Notes under the pieces: model-generated
The model's input: the letters and a program-made list of their open reading frames with translations, nothing else
What the model was told of the DNA's origin: nothing
Databases searched by the model: none
Shown here: one piece after another, positions 23,708 through 35,900 of the stretch
Numbering within the stretch: position 1 is the first letter of the stretch
Layout: the number at the start of each line of letters is the position of its first letter
Translations under genes and position numbers: made by a program
Assembly (NCBI GenBank): GCA_037447605.1
Contig: CM074809.1
Span: forward strand, 1,912,689-1,976,688
Reading direction: 5' to 3'
DNA length: 64,000 nucleotides
Source: Zygnema circumcarinatum SAG 698-1b
Taxonomy: Eukaryota; Plantae; Zygnematophyceae

Positions 23708-26700
23708 ATGGCGAGCAGTAGCGCCAGCCTTGTGCACGGCCGGGGGGGCAACCCTAGCGGCGAGAGCGGGCTTTACTTCTTGCCCGGAATGGCGAGCTCG
23801 CCCTCCCCTTCCCATCCTATCTCCTGCGGTTCTCAGCATGCCCTAGGAGCCCCTCGCCTCGATGCGCCTGCCTTTGGTGGTAGAAGAGCTTCTTCCTCTG
23901 AGTTTAATGACGCTGTACTAATGCCAGCCGACAGGTCTCAAATTCGCCCTAATTCAGCACCACCCTGTGATCCCTCTGTTTCCTGCAGTAACACGGCAGT
24001 TCGAGAGGCGTCTTTAGAGGGTGGAGGGGTAGCGGGCCATGCAGGAGGCGGGATGGCAATAAGTGCAGGAGAAGTGCAGGGCATAGAGCAAGTTCCAGGT
24101 CCGCAGAGTGGAGTTTGGGAACCTCTCCCGTTAGATAGCTTGGCTGGATCGTCGCTTCTTCTTGGATCTCCGGGTGGCCCTCCAGCAGGGTTGGATGAAG
24201 CTATTTTAGCAGACCTCATGGATTTTGATGGGATGCCTGAATCCATTTCAATGGAGAACAGCCTTCCAGATCCTTGGTTAAATGCTTCACTGTCTGGCTC
24301 TGACGGCTTCCTCAACTTTGGATCTCCAGGAGGCTCAGTACATGGCGATGTGGGCAGTCCGAAGGCTGACTTGGCTGCTGTAACTTTAGCGGACAGAAAT
24401 TTTCCTGGGCCTTCTGGAAGCGTGTTACGTTCATTAGTCACTGATCATCAGCAAGGTGGTGTTCATCGAGGACATGCAGTAGCCTCCGGTTGGTTCAACA
24501 GTAGTCAATTTCCGCGACTAACACCGACAGATGGTGACCGCAGTTTGTCCTTGGTGGAGAAAAACAGAGGGATGGTCGACGTGGCTTTGAGGTCGCATGG
24601 CTTTGGCAACCAGCGGACACAGCTTTGGCACCAGATGACTAAGGCATTATCCTTCATTGGCACGGTTAGTAGCACTGAGATGAAGGAGTAAGGGTACCAC
24701 TCCGAATGACTCTATGAATAAAGTCATTGTCTGTAGTGTCCTTGTCGCCGCTGCTTCGACTGTGCAGTGTGTGGCTGTCTTCCCACCCCATGCCTTGAAT
24801 TCATCTGTTTTGAACAGTTGAATATAACTTTAAGTTGTATTGCATGCGTCTCTTCATCAGCCTCCGTCCTGTGCACCTCTCAGTGCCGCAATTGTAGTGA
24901 TGACTACCCCCCTTCTGGAAGGGGCCGTGATTACTTCCCTGGAATGCTGCGTTTGCATTCTAATGCTCTCTTGTTGTTACTCTCGCTTCTACAAAATGGT
25001 CTACTTGCTTTTTAAACGTATTGCACTGTGCATGAGTGCTACCTTGTGTAGCAGGCTTCTGATTCAGGGTACTTGCGGACTCGTTTTCGGCAAGAACTTG
25101 AGCTGAATAAAGAGACAGCTTCAATTGATAGTGGAGTGTTCAACTTCTCTGTCGATTGATTGTGCAGGTACGCGACGATCTTTTGGCGCAGATGTGGGTA
25201 CCACAGGGACAGGGAGATTCTGCCAAGCTTGTAACTGGAGACCAGCCTTTCATTGTAGGGGGCAGCAACACCAACCTCGGAATCTACCGCAACATCTCTG
25301 AAAGGTGAGGCATTGGAACCGAGGAAAGGCCACATGAGCGGCCTTATGCCAGATATGCCGCAATGATTTGTATGCAATATAGGATTCGTATGATTACATG
25401 GTGTAGGCTTCTACGGGGCATGAAAGTATACACAGTCACTCCTAGTATAGCTAGCCGTAGTCCCGTAACTCGCTTAAGGATCGGTGTGGACAGCGAGGAC
25501 TCACATAGGTTCAGAAAGGAAGCTGCTGAGTAAGGTCGCCTGTGGAAATGGTGCAGGTTCACATTTCCTGCAGCCAATGATAAGGGCAGGCCTGGCCTGC
25601 CTGGGAGAGTGTTCCTTCAGGGGCGCCCAGAATGGACCCCCAATGTGCAGTACTACACCAGTGAAGAATACTTGCGAATGGACCATGCGCTGCGCTGCAA
25701 TGTGCGGAGCACATTGGCCACTCCCATCTTTCAAAGCGGCTCGCGGAATGTGGTGGCAGTGCTGGAAGTGGTCATGTCTGGCGAAGACGTGAAGTTTGCA
25801 CCCCTCCTGGATAGCATCTGTGCAGCTCTACAGGTAGAACCTTACTCTATACACACACGCCTTTGTGTACCTGGATGTTTAGGTCTATCACAAAGGAAGT
25901 GAAGTTGCTGACAACGATTCTGCGCGCCTGTTGGTTTTAATCAGTGTACAATCCCTTACGCATGATGTTGTCCTATTGTCTGGTGGGATTCTCAGGCCGT
26001 CGATTTGCAATGTTCGGCTGGATGGACAGACTTACCTCGAAAGGTGTGTTCCATATACCAGTCCTTTGTTGTGCCACTGTTCCTTCAGTCACGCAATTAC
26101 AAACGAAATGAGAGTAGTCGTTCTATCGTCGTTTTATTTCTGTCAATTCAAATGTGAATGTCAGCTTATATTCAATTGGTAGGGCGTGTTTTTGCCACTG
26201 TTCAGCAGATGCCCTCGATAAGTCACCTGGAAGTTATGGCCGAAATCCAGTCGGTTTTGAAGACAATGTGTCACCGTCACCAGCTTCCTATTGCGCAAAC
26301 ATGGCTGCCTGTAGACCTGGGAGCTGCGACTGTGGCAGTAGAGGAAGAAGCGGAAGCAGACGAGGAGGGCAGTCATCGTGGGAAAAAGCTATTGCTTCAA
26401 GCACAAGATGCGCCCTGTTGCATTACAGCGCCACAACTGTGGGGGTTCCGTCAAGCGTGTTGTGAGCACAAGTTGGAGGAAGGGCAGGTGGGTCTGAGTG
26501 TACTTTCGTTGTGGGGTTTGGGTGTAAGATGTGTTCGATGATAATCAAGTTCCAAGCAGCAAAAGTCTCATCTGTCTGTCTTGTTTTTTGTTGGGCGGTG
26601 CTGGCTTAGGACCATATGTTGTTGATGGTACCATAGGGAGTGTTCTATTTGCTTATCTGGCGAGGTTTGATGGCTGCAGGGCTGTCCAGGTCGTGCCATA

Positions 26701-29646
26701 CAATCCAACCAGCCTGCCTTTTCAGAAGATGTGAATCGCCAGAACAAGTTTGAGTACCCCTTGGGGCATTACTCGCGCATGTTTGCTCTCAGAGCAGCCG
26801 TTGCAATTCGCCTGCGCTCTCTCGGGACGGGCACAAAAGACTATGTCCTCGAATTTTTCTTGCCGTCTGACTGTATTTCACAACAGGACCAGCAGAATTT
26901 ACTCGGTGATCTCTCTCTCACGATGCAGCAAGTGTGCCGCTCTTTGCGAACGGTCACAGATGCAGAGCTTGAAGAAGAGAAATTGCAGAAGCAACAGCGA
27001 GAAAATAAGACTGCAGCACTTAATTCGGGATCAGCAGAGAAGTCAACCAGCCAGGAAGGCGATGTGAACAAAGGATCTGATGACGGAGTGTGTTCAAGAG
27101 CTGTTGGCGAGGGTCCCAGTAGTGCAGGATGCATAAAGAATGACGAGGAAGTAGGCCATTTAGAGTGTGGAGAAAAGAGATCGATTGATCAGCGAGATGA
27201 TAGTGATGGTAGGGCGACAAGCAGTAATAGTCAGGGGAGCCGCAGAAAGAGGCATCTGGAAGAGACCGATGGTGGGTCGGGAGAGTTGGAAACAAGCCAT
27301 GCGGATGCTGGGGCAGCCGAAGGAGATGCAGAGACTGAGGTGGATGGTGAACTGGACCGGGACAGTGAAGCAGAGGACTTAGAACATAGAACATCTCAAA
27401 GTAATCCTGAGAGGCGGATGTGGGGGTCATCGGGAGAGGCTTGGATGTCGTCACCCTCTCATAATCGGCAGACATGTGGCAATCCCGCAGTGGCTGGTAG
27501 CATCTTAGAAGGCGGGGACTCAGCTGTAGCGACCAGTTGTTGGGCGCCATCTGGCAGTGAGCCCTTGACACAAAGGAAGGTGGAACGCAGGCGAGGTAAT
27601 TCAAGCGAGAAGACAATAGGATTGAACGTATTGCAGCAGTACTTTGCCGGGAGTCTGAAGGATGCTGCAAAAAGCATTGGAGGTATGGAGTCTATAGCCT
27701 TCTTCTTGTACAGACATGGGAATGCAGCTAGAGAATAGCTGTATATGAATTTGGCTTTGTCCTACAGCGATGTGCGGTTTTGTTTCAAGATCTTGTAATG
27801 CCTTCGGCTTAAGGAAATAGGCCATAGCTTGTCATTACAATATTGAAAGACGCGATGGGTGATCCTCTGATGTTGTGCCCAATGAGATCTTGTTCTTGTG
27901 TCAGATGCATCTGCATGAGCTTTATGAGGGTATTGGTGTTTTGGTGTGCTTTGCTACAGTATGCCCCACGACATTGAAACGAATATGCCGGCAACATGGC
28001 ATCTCACGGTGGCCTTCACGCAAGATTAACAAGGTCAGCAGGAGCATTCGGAAGCTGCAAGGAGTCATTGATGCAGTGCAGGGCACCGATGGAGGTCTTC
28101 GACTCAATGCACTCACATCTGAATTAGCTACTGTGGCTGCCATGAAGGCTGTCACAGGCGCCCAGGTAAACGCTGCAGCCACTCGTCTATAGTGTACGTG
28201 TAAAGAACGTTTGGGCCACTGAATTTTACTATACCGACGGCTGCTTGCTATGAGCATTCTGGAAACGGTCTCTATCGTGAAGCTTGGGAGAAAACTATGA
28301 CTTTGCTAAGGATTATTCTGTTTAATATCAGTCAGTCCTTTCGCAAATGCAGTGGTTTAGAAATCTGTCCCTCCTCCTATCGTGGTTGAAGAGCCATTGA
28401 TCTGACGTGAAGGCATTCTTCCTTGCAGATTGGTACTGTCGGCAACGTCTCTGGAGAGCACAGAGTGTCGCCGGGCACGGAAGCAGGCAGTCACATGGGT
28501 AGGGCTATGGCACGCACTAATGTAAATCCCTGGCATACTTCTGGGATGCCATATGGACCCGGCGATGAGCTTGCTGCTATGGGAGGGAGAGGGAAGGCGC
28601 CACCAGGAAAGGTAGCAATTCCTCGAAACCCATCTCTAACAAGCATGCGGTCAGCTTCGGGGAGTGGAGGAGCAGGGGACATGGATGACAGAGGAAGTAC
28701 GCATGGTCCTTCTTGGGAATTAGAAGCTTCGATGAGGGAAGGGGCTGCTGTATTGGGCTCTGAGCGGGACGCCATGGCTTCTGGTCAACCTCTTCAAGCA
28801 GCTCGCTCTCCCTCCGAAAGCTCTTGGAGGGGTCATGATAGTCAGGGAGGGGCACGAGGCATGGCCAGTCCTATGGGTATTCCACCGAGGCCTTTAGGGC
28901 CTCTTTACTTTGGGAACAATAGCGGTGGCTCCACAATGGGAAGACTCCCAGATCACCACCATAGCATGTATGCGGCAGGCATGGGCTGCAACGTGGAAGA
29001 CAGAGTGCATGGTGGAGGCTTAGCTCTTGCAGCTATTAAGGGGTCTATGCCATGCACGGAAATGTCGCCGCATAGCCTCCCAATGGGGTCAGTGCTGGTG
29101 AAGGTAGAGCAGCCTTGGCTTAGCGGTGGGAGGGGAGATGCTCCGAGGTCTTGTGGCGGAGGCTCCATGCACCAAAGCTGGGCAGGATGGAGTGCGCGCC
29201 TACCCCCCCACCCAGCAGCGGGTCCATTGCAGTTTCAAGCGGGCAGCCCTCCTGGTGGAACATCGGGTGGTTCGGGTGATGGCGGCTCTGGGGGAGGGCT
29301 GTCCGGGCCGGCAATGCCACAGTTGAAGGACCCAAATTGTGCAGATGATACAGTCACTGTGAAGGCAACGCACGGTGCCGACACTGTGCGCTTCAAACTG
29401 TTATCAAACGAGATGGCTTATGGCAGTCTCCGAGAAGAGATCGGAAAGCGGTTGAGACTCCCCATAGATACTTTCACACTCAAGTATTTGGATGACGAGG
29501 CTGAGTGGATGCTTCTGGCAAGCGAGCAGGACATGGTAGAGTGTTTGGACATCCTGCAGAAGTCAGGGGGAAACACGTTGAAGCTGATGGTACGGATGGA
29601 TGTTGGCGGTGGGCCGCCGCCTGTTCCAGAGGGCAGCACTAGCTGA
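23708..29646 (+). CDS. NLP: NIN-like protein (GAF-like nitrate-sensing region, RWP-RK, PB1)
   Basis: [33 protein letters not shown]; [17 protein letters not shown]; [33 protein letters not shown]: [45 protein letters not shown]1: [36 protein letters not shown]. Confidence 0.95.
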
Positions 29647-30430
29647 GTGGTACAGTGGAGAGAAGAGAAGCTGGGGGAGGGTGTGTAAATTGGTGAACAA
29701 TTGTTGCAGTCTGTCATCTGCCGTGTGGCCGGACCTCAAGATACAGGACTGCTGAATTCTTTACATTATTCTATATCTCACAACAATAAGAAGGCTATGA
29801 CAGAGCTCTTAGGTCCAGCGAACAGGTGGCCTTTCCGGGCTTTCAGCCTGGTGTCAGCTTTCCAGGGAAAGCTGAATGCTGGAACTGTGCAGGCAGGCTT
29901 CTTAGAAGCATGTGTAGGTATACTGAAGGTTCTAGGGCTGGGCAGCTCTGACGCTCATTGCATGCCATACATAGACGTGTAATCGTTTGATTTATTTCAT
30001 GCCCCCATAGGATGAGGGGTCGGTGACCTGCAGGTAGACCTCACAGGGAGTTCCCTTAAGTTGAGGCCACCTACTAACGTGTCCTCAGATTCATACCAAC
30101 AGAAGCACACAATGCAAGCCATCATTACCTCTTCGCGGATGTGTTGAACACAGATGTCCTGTCCTATCCTGTCCTGTCTTGTCTCACCGCGCGCGGACGG
30201 TCGGAGATGGCGCCACTAGCCGATGAACATATTCCAAAAATATCGCTTCGCGGCGATCCAACGGCCAAGAATCATTTTCGCGCCATTCCGACGGTCAGGC
30301 GTGGCGAATAGGCCACGTGGCGTACCCACAGCAAATGCCCTCACATCTCGCACGCGGCAATCCCACGGCCAAAACGATGTGAAAAGATGTGTGGCACGTG
30401 GCGTATCCACGCGCAGAGCCCTCAAAACAT

Positions 30431-31825
30431 TGTATCGCGATGTATCGAAAATACTGTTTTGCGATGTATCGCAATGTATAATAAAATATTTTAAGTACCG
30501 TACCACAATGTATCGTTAAACACTGTATCGCGATGTAGCGTAAAATACCGTTTTGCGATGTATTGTAAAAGTACCGTACCGCAATGTATCGTCAATCACT
30601 GTATCGTGATGTATCGTACAATATTGTTTTGCGATGTACCGTAAAGTACCGTATCGCAGTGTATCGTAAAATACTGTATCGCGATGCATCGTAAAATACT
30701 GAATTGCGATGTATAGTAAAAGTACCGTACCGCAATGGATCGTCAAACACTGTATCGCAATGTATCGTACAATACTGGTTTACGAAGTATCGTAAAATAC
30801 TGTATCGCGATGTATTGTAAAATACTGTTTTGCGATGTATAGTATAGTACCGTATCGCAATGTATCGTTAAATACTGTATCGCAATGTATCGTAAAGTAC
30901 TGTTCTACGATGTATAGTATAGTACCGTATCGCAATGTATCGTAAAATACTGTTTTGCGATGTATAATAAAGTACCGTATCGCAATGTATCGTAAAGTAC
31001 TGTATCGTAATGCATCGTAAAATACTGTTTTGCGATGTATCGTAAGTACCGTATCGCAGTGTATCGTCAAAACCTGTATCGCAATGTATCGCAAAATACT
31101 GTTTTGCGATGTATAGTAAAGTACCGTATCGCAATGTATCGTCAAACACTGTATCGCGATGCATCGTAAAATACTGTTTTGCGATGTATCGTAAGTACCG
31201 TATCGCAGTGTATCGTCAAAACCTGTATCGCAATGTATCGTAAAATACTGTTTTGCGATGTATAGTAAAGTACCGTACCGCAATGTATCGTCAAACACTG
31301 TATCGCGATGCATCGTAAAATACTGTTTTCCGATGTGTATTGAAGTACCGTGCCGCAATGTATCGTCAAAAACTGTATCGAAATATATCGTAAAATACTG
31401 TTTTGTGATGTATCGCAATGTATCGTAAAATACTGTTTTGCGATGTATAGTAAAAGTACCGTACCGCAATGTATCGTCAATAAATGTATCGCGATGTATC
31501 GTAAAATACTGTTTTGCGATGTATAGTATAGTACTGTATCGCGATGTATCGTACAGTACTGTATCATAATGTATCGTAAAACACTGTTTTGCGATGTATA
31601 GTATAGTACCGTACCGCAATATATCGTAAAGTACTGTATCGCGATGTATTGTAAAATACTGTTTTGCGATGTTATAGTATAGTACCGTATCGCAACGTAA
31701 CGGTAAATGTTATATCGCGATGTATCGGTAAATACTGTATCGCAATGTATCGTAAAATACTGTAAGGCGATGTATCGGAAAGTACTGTATCGCGGTCTAT
31801 CATAAATAACGTATCGCGATGTATC
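30431..31825. repeat. Tandem satellite of ~56 copies of a ~25-bp monomer with partial 75-bp higher-order structure
   Basis: Monomer variants TGTATCGCGATGTATCGTAAAATAC / TGTTTTGCGATGTATAGTAAAGTAC / CGTATCGCAATGTATCGTCAAACAC recur in that order. Confidence 0.92.
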
Positions 31826-32924
31826 CTCCTTCTATATGTTGTGCCCATGTAAAAGGCAAATGGTGGCTATCAGTACGTAAGCCCGCCCATAAATTTTAGG
31901 GTTTCAGCCTTCAGCCTTTTCAGCAAAACTGCAAAGCCAGCACAAAATAATAATATTATATAATATGTCGCATTGATCTCTCTCGATGGCGATGCCATCA
32001 AATGTCCATGGACAGAATCATTACAGCGCAGAATGATCCCCATGTTCCAAAGCGACGGCGGCAAAAAAGGGTCGCCTGATTCGAAAAGCGTCGCGCCATT
32101 TTGCACTTGCATTTGGCACTTCTACTCACTTTGCTGTCAAATGCCTGCGTCCACGCGTGAGGGGACTCGCTCACTCACAGAAGATCTTTTTCTCGACCAG
32201 TGACGGCGTGACATGGGCACGGCCCGTCTTTACGGTTTTAGGGTTTCCTCTCTCCGCTGTCGTAAGGACACTGAGTAGCATTCCTGCCCTTCCAGTCTCT
32301 CCCTCCCGTGAGAGGACGTTGGCTGCTCTTCTGTGCAACGGCTGATGGCAGGCAGGCCGCACACTCGGAAGGACTTTCTCGCACTTGCGAGAGTGGATAC
32401 TGCTGGATTGGCCTCCTTGGCTGGCACTGAGGGGAAAGTCTGCCATGGCTGGAGCATAAATTGCATGGACTGTCAGCGATAATAAAACGACGCACCTTCT
32501 ACCAATCACGTAGTCGTGTCAGACACAAACCCACGTTCACGGGTTGTACGCCCGAAATGCGCTTTATCAGCATCCACTTAAACGCAGACGAGCCTTCCAC
32601 AGAACCGTGCCTGTCATAAACAAAAGTTTTTTTTTTTTTTTTATAAAAAAGGCAATGGCTTCTCCGTCCACTCTCTTAATTACACCTAGGCCAAACTCAC
32701 GGCTTCAGGGATTCAATAGGTGCTCAAGTAAAGCCAAAAGGAGCAATGGAAATAAAGGCCCGACTGGCGCTGGACATTGACCACTACATACAGACCACCC
32801 GGCTGCCGATTGTCAGTCACCTACAAAATTCTAACTGAGAGACCATAATTACAACTGCAGAACTCCTCTAACAGCTCTACAGATCATGAGGAAGGAGGCC
32901 GACTGAACCGGTGGAAGCCGTGCC

Positions 32925-35900
32925 TCAGGGAAAGTTTGCAGTCAGTTGAATGTGATCCAGAGTCTGCTTCAACCCAAACTGCAGAACGGCAGTGTGGCCT
33001 TTCCTGAAGCCTTCGCCATACACAGGAGAAGGGTCTGTGGCAATCTGGTGCATGCAGAACTCTGCAAACTTCTGGTTGTACTGAGCTGCTCCGGAGGAAG
33101 TCGATGCCCCAATGTTACTGAACGCCTTGGTGGCCTGTGACTGAAGCCAAAGGTGAGCCATGACCTGGCAAATGCCCTCCTCTACATCGGGTGCAAGTTT
33201 TGGGAACCGACCATTTAGCTTCAAGTAGGCATGCATGAGCTCGTGGGCAAGGATGGAGCCTGTCAGGAGTTGTGGTAAGCCATAAAGGACCAGAATGGCA
33301 GTCACTTCACAGTGGCGTCTAAGCTGTTGCGATTGCTGCCCTATTCCGCGAATGCCACCTCCTGGAAAGCCGGGAAGGCGTACAATCTGAACCGAGCCAC
33401 CAAGGAGGCTTCCTGTTACGTTGGACTCTCTCGAGTGGAGGGAGAGGAAAAAGCATGAAGAAAGCTCGACGATAGGAAGCTCGGATGAAAAGAAATTCAA
33501 AAAACTTGAGAGTGGGAGAGGAGGACAAGGGAAGGGTCTCACTGTTTGAATGGTTTGCTCCTCCGACAAACACAAACCTCGAGTTTCCGGAGGATCTTGA
33601 TGACCCTGCAGCCACCAGTAAGTAGGAGGAGACTCAATACCTAGCTCATCCAACCATCACAGCCGCCAAGCCTTCAATAGTTCTTTGCTCGAAATTGAAA
33701 CGAAGCATAGAACGATGCAGTCATAAGCAAAACTGCAAACAAGGAGCATGGCAGTTCCAGATCCTGAAGAGAATAAAGGCGCAGCTTTGCCTCTTCACGA
33801 GCTGGTGTGCTAAAAGATATCAAAACTGACACTAAACATGAAACATGAAACTGCCATCGGATATACCTCTGATAACTGACCGTGAATCTTACGGTGCTCA
33901 TTTCCCTTCAACCCTAAAGTTCCCAAGTTTTGAAGGACAAGTAACCATCACTCCATCATCAGATAACAGCAAAGAGGCCTAAGACTTTGCACTGCTTTAC
34001 CGTCCGGTGCTCTCCAGCCCTTGCTGCATTAAGCGTCTGCGTCTCAACGCAAAGAAGTGGAATCTCCTGTGTAATCTTCATTCCCAAGTCCCGAAAGAAC
34101 TCCAAAATTGAATGGAACAGAGGCGTGCAGTCCTTCGTATCAACCACTACCGTCTCAACACAGTTCAGACAGAGTTTTCGACCGTCATCAAGTGCCACAT
34201 ATGGCGTGTCGCGCCGCTGGCAATCATAAAACGCACCGGACAGAAGTTCAGCATGTAGAAGTACTTTGAAAACGACATACTCAAGTTGATGTATATGCAG
34301 TGTTACATTAGATAACAAGAAGCAGCATTCATGTTCTCTGTCAACCTTCCGGGAGTAGCTCTGCCGGAGATGGCACTATCCCACTATAGTAGTGAGATAA
34401 GCAGCGTGGGATGTACCTCAAGGCGATGACAGGCAGTGCACCGAGCTGAGCCATCAGTGTCATGGTGAGGGCAGTACTGATCTCCCCAGAAGGGCATGGA
34501 ACGGTATTCTATCACACCACCAGGCTTGGTTGGAACCTGCATCCGTCTTCAAAGTATTAGATTCTGAAAATGACACTGGATTATTTCAATCGCTTCCCTT
34601 CCCCCCACAGTTAAGCTGAATGGCAGGAGAAGTGGACTCTACCACCAGAACCTTGCTCCGAGAAGCGAGGACATCCAATCAATGCAGGTAATGCAGCACT
34701 AGTATTGTTGCCAGACAAGATTGAATTGGCACTCACAAAAACAACCTCTTGCCTCAGCAGAGCTGGCACATGATAAAAATAGCCTTACATAGTCACTACA
34801 GACGCAGCACTTGGGATGGAAAAGCTGCCGATGGCACTCCGAGTGATATGGGTCTGAACCCATCGCCTTAAACTGCCAAAAATAGGACGAATTCAAAGGG
34901 GAGTCAGTCAAGTTGGTAGCACGATTAGACACGCATTTGCATTTGTTGGGTCTTTTACGTGTAAACCATGTGCTATGTGCGTGCAGAATGAGGCTTAGGA
35001 GGATTACTAACCTCTCTTTCAACAATAGTCTGGCTACACGCCTTGCATCTGAAGCACTGTGGATGCCACGAGTGGCCCAAACACGTAAGATAACGGCCAT
35101 AGCTGATAGGTTGCTGACAGCCTCCGCACAAAACTACCAATGAACTGCAACCCAAAATCACCAAAACATCAAGCGGCCAGTACGAATCAGTTCATATCCA
35201 GAACATACCCGAGAAAACATGTCATGCATGCACAGCCCAGCTCTTGAAACGGCTGAGTAATACTGCGTGATTGGCACCAAAGATTCCTACAAAAGGCCTT
35301 GCTCATTGGTGCCAAAGGAATGAAGCCAGTTAAAAAACACACAGTTGCAAGTATGCGAATGAACAAAAGGAGGAATTGATGTGGCAAAAGCTATTTTAAT
35401 TATTCATAAGTAAAGACAACACCCTTTGGAGATGTTGAGCTTCAGATATCAAATCAGTCAAAGCTCTTGCCCGCATCGAAATGAAGCCCTCCAGCAGTGC
35501 CCGACAGTCTATCGTCCTTCATCTCCAACCCAATGCCATTACACAACTTCGACTTTGTAAAAGAACTTGTCACCAGTGTGACAAAGCTGGGAGAGGCCAT
35601 ACTTAAAGAAGGAAGATGAGGTACTTGGAGGTGCAGGAAGTGCTAAAAGACTGTTATCAGGTTTGGGAAAAGACTCCATGGGAGTCTCCCAGCCAGATGG
35701 CAGTCCCATTGCACCGGGTGGTAGTGCCACAGAGCCCGAACGATCGCCCCCCGTTATTGTCGCCAGCATATCATGGCTCCCCTTACTCACATTATCATCA
35801 TCCTGCTCCCTTCCAACGATGGTTCAATTAGGACAGTCTGACTGGAGTATGAGATGTATAAAGTGAAAAAATAAAAATCACACTGCACCAAAAAAGGAAA

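Noticed and set aside
30214-30219. CACTAG just before the satellite as a possible CACTA terminus
   Set aside because: No matching TAGTG terminus or 3-bp TSD was found downstream.
30516-31619. Long ORFs (up to 279 aa) with TIHCDTVLYDT-type repeats
   Set aside because: They are translations of the 25-bp satellite in several frames, not a gene.
30431-31825. CRISPR-like appearance of the regular repeat
   Set aside because: Monomers are contiguous with no unique spacers, there are no cas genes, and the context is eukaryotic.
32171-32509. Minus-strand ORFs between the satellite and the DA1 3' end
   Set aside because: No motif, codon bias or splice support; three overlapping frames are equally plausible.
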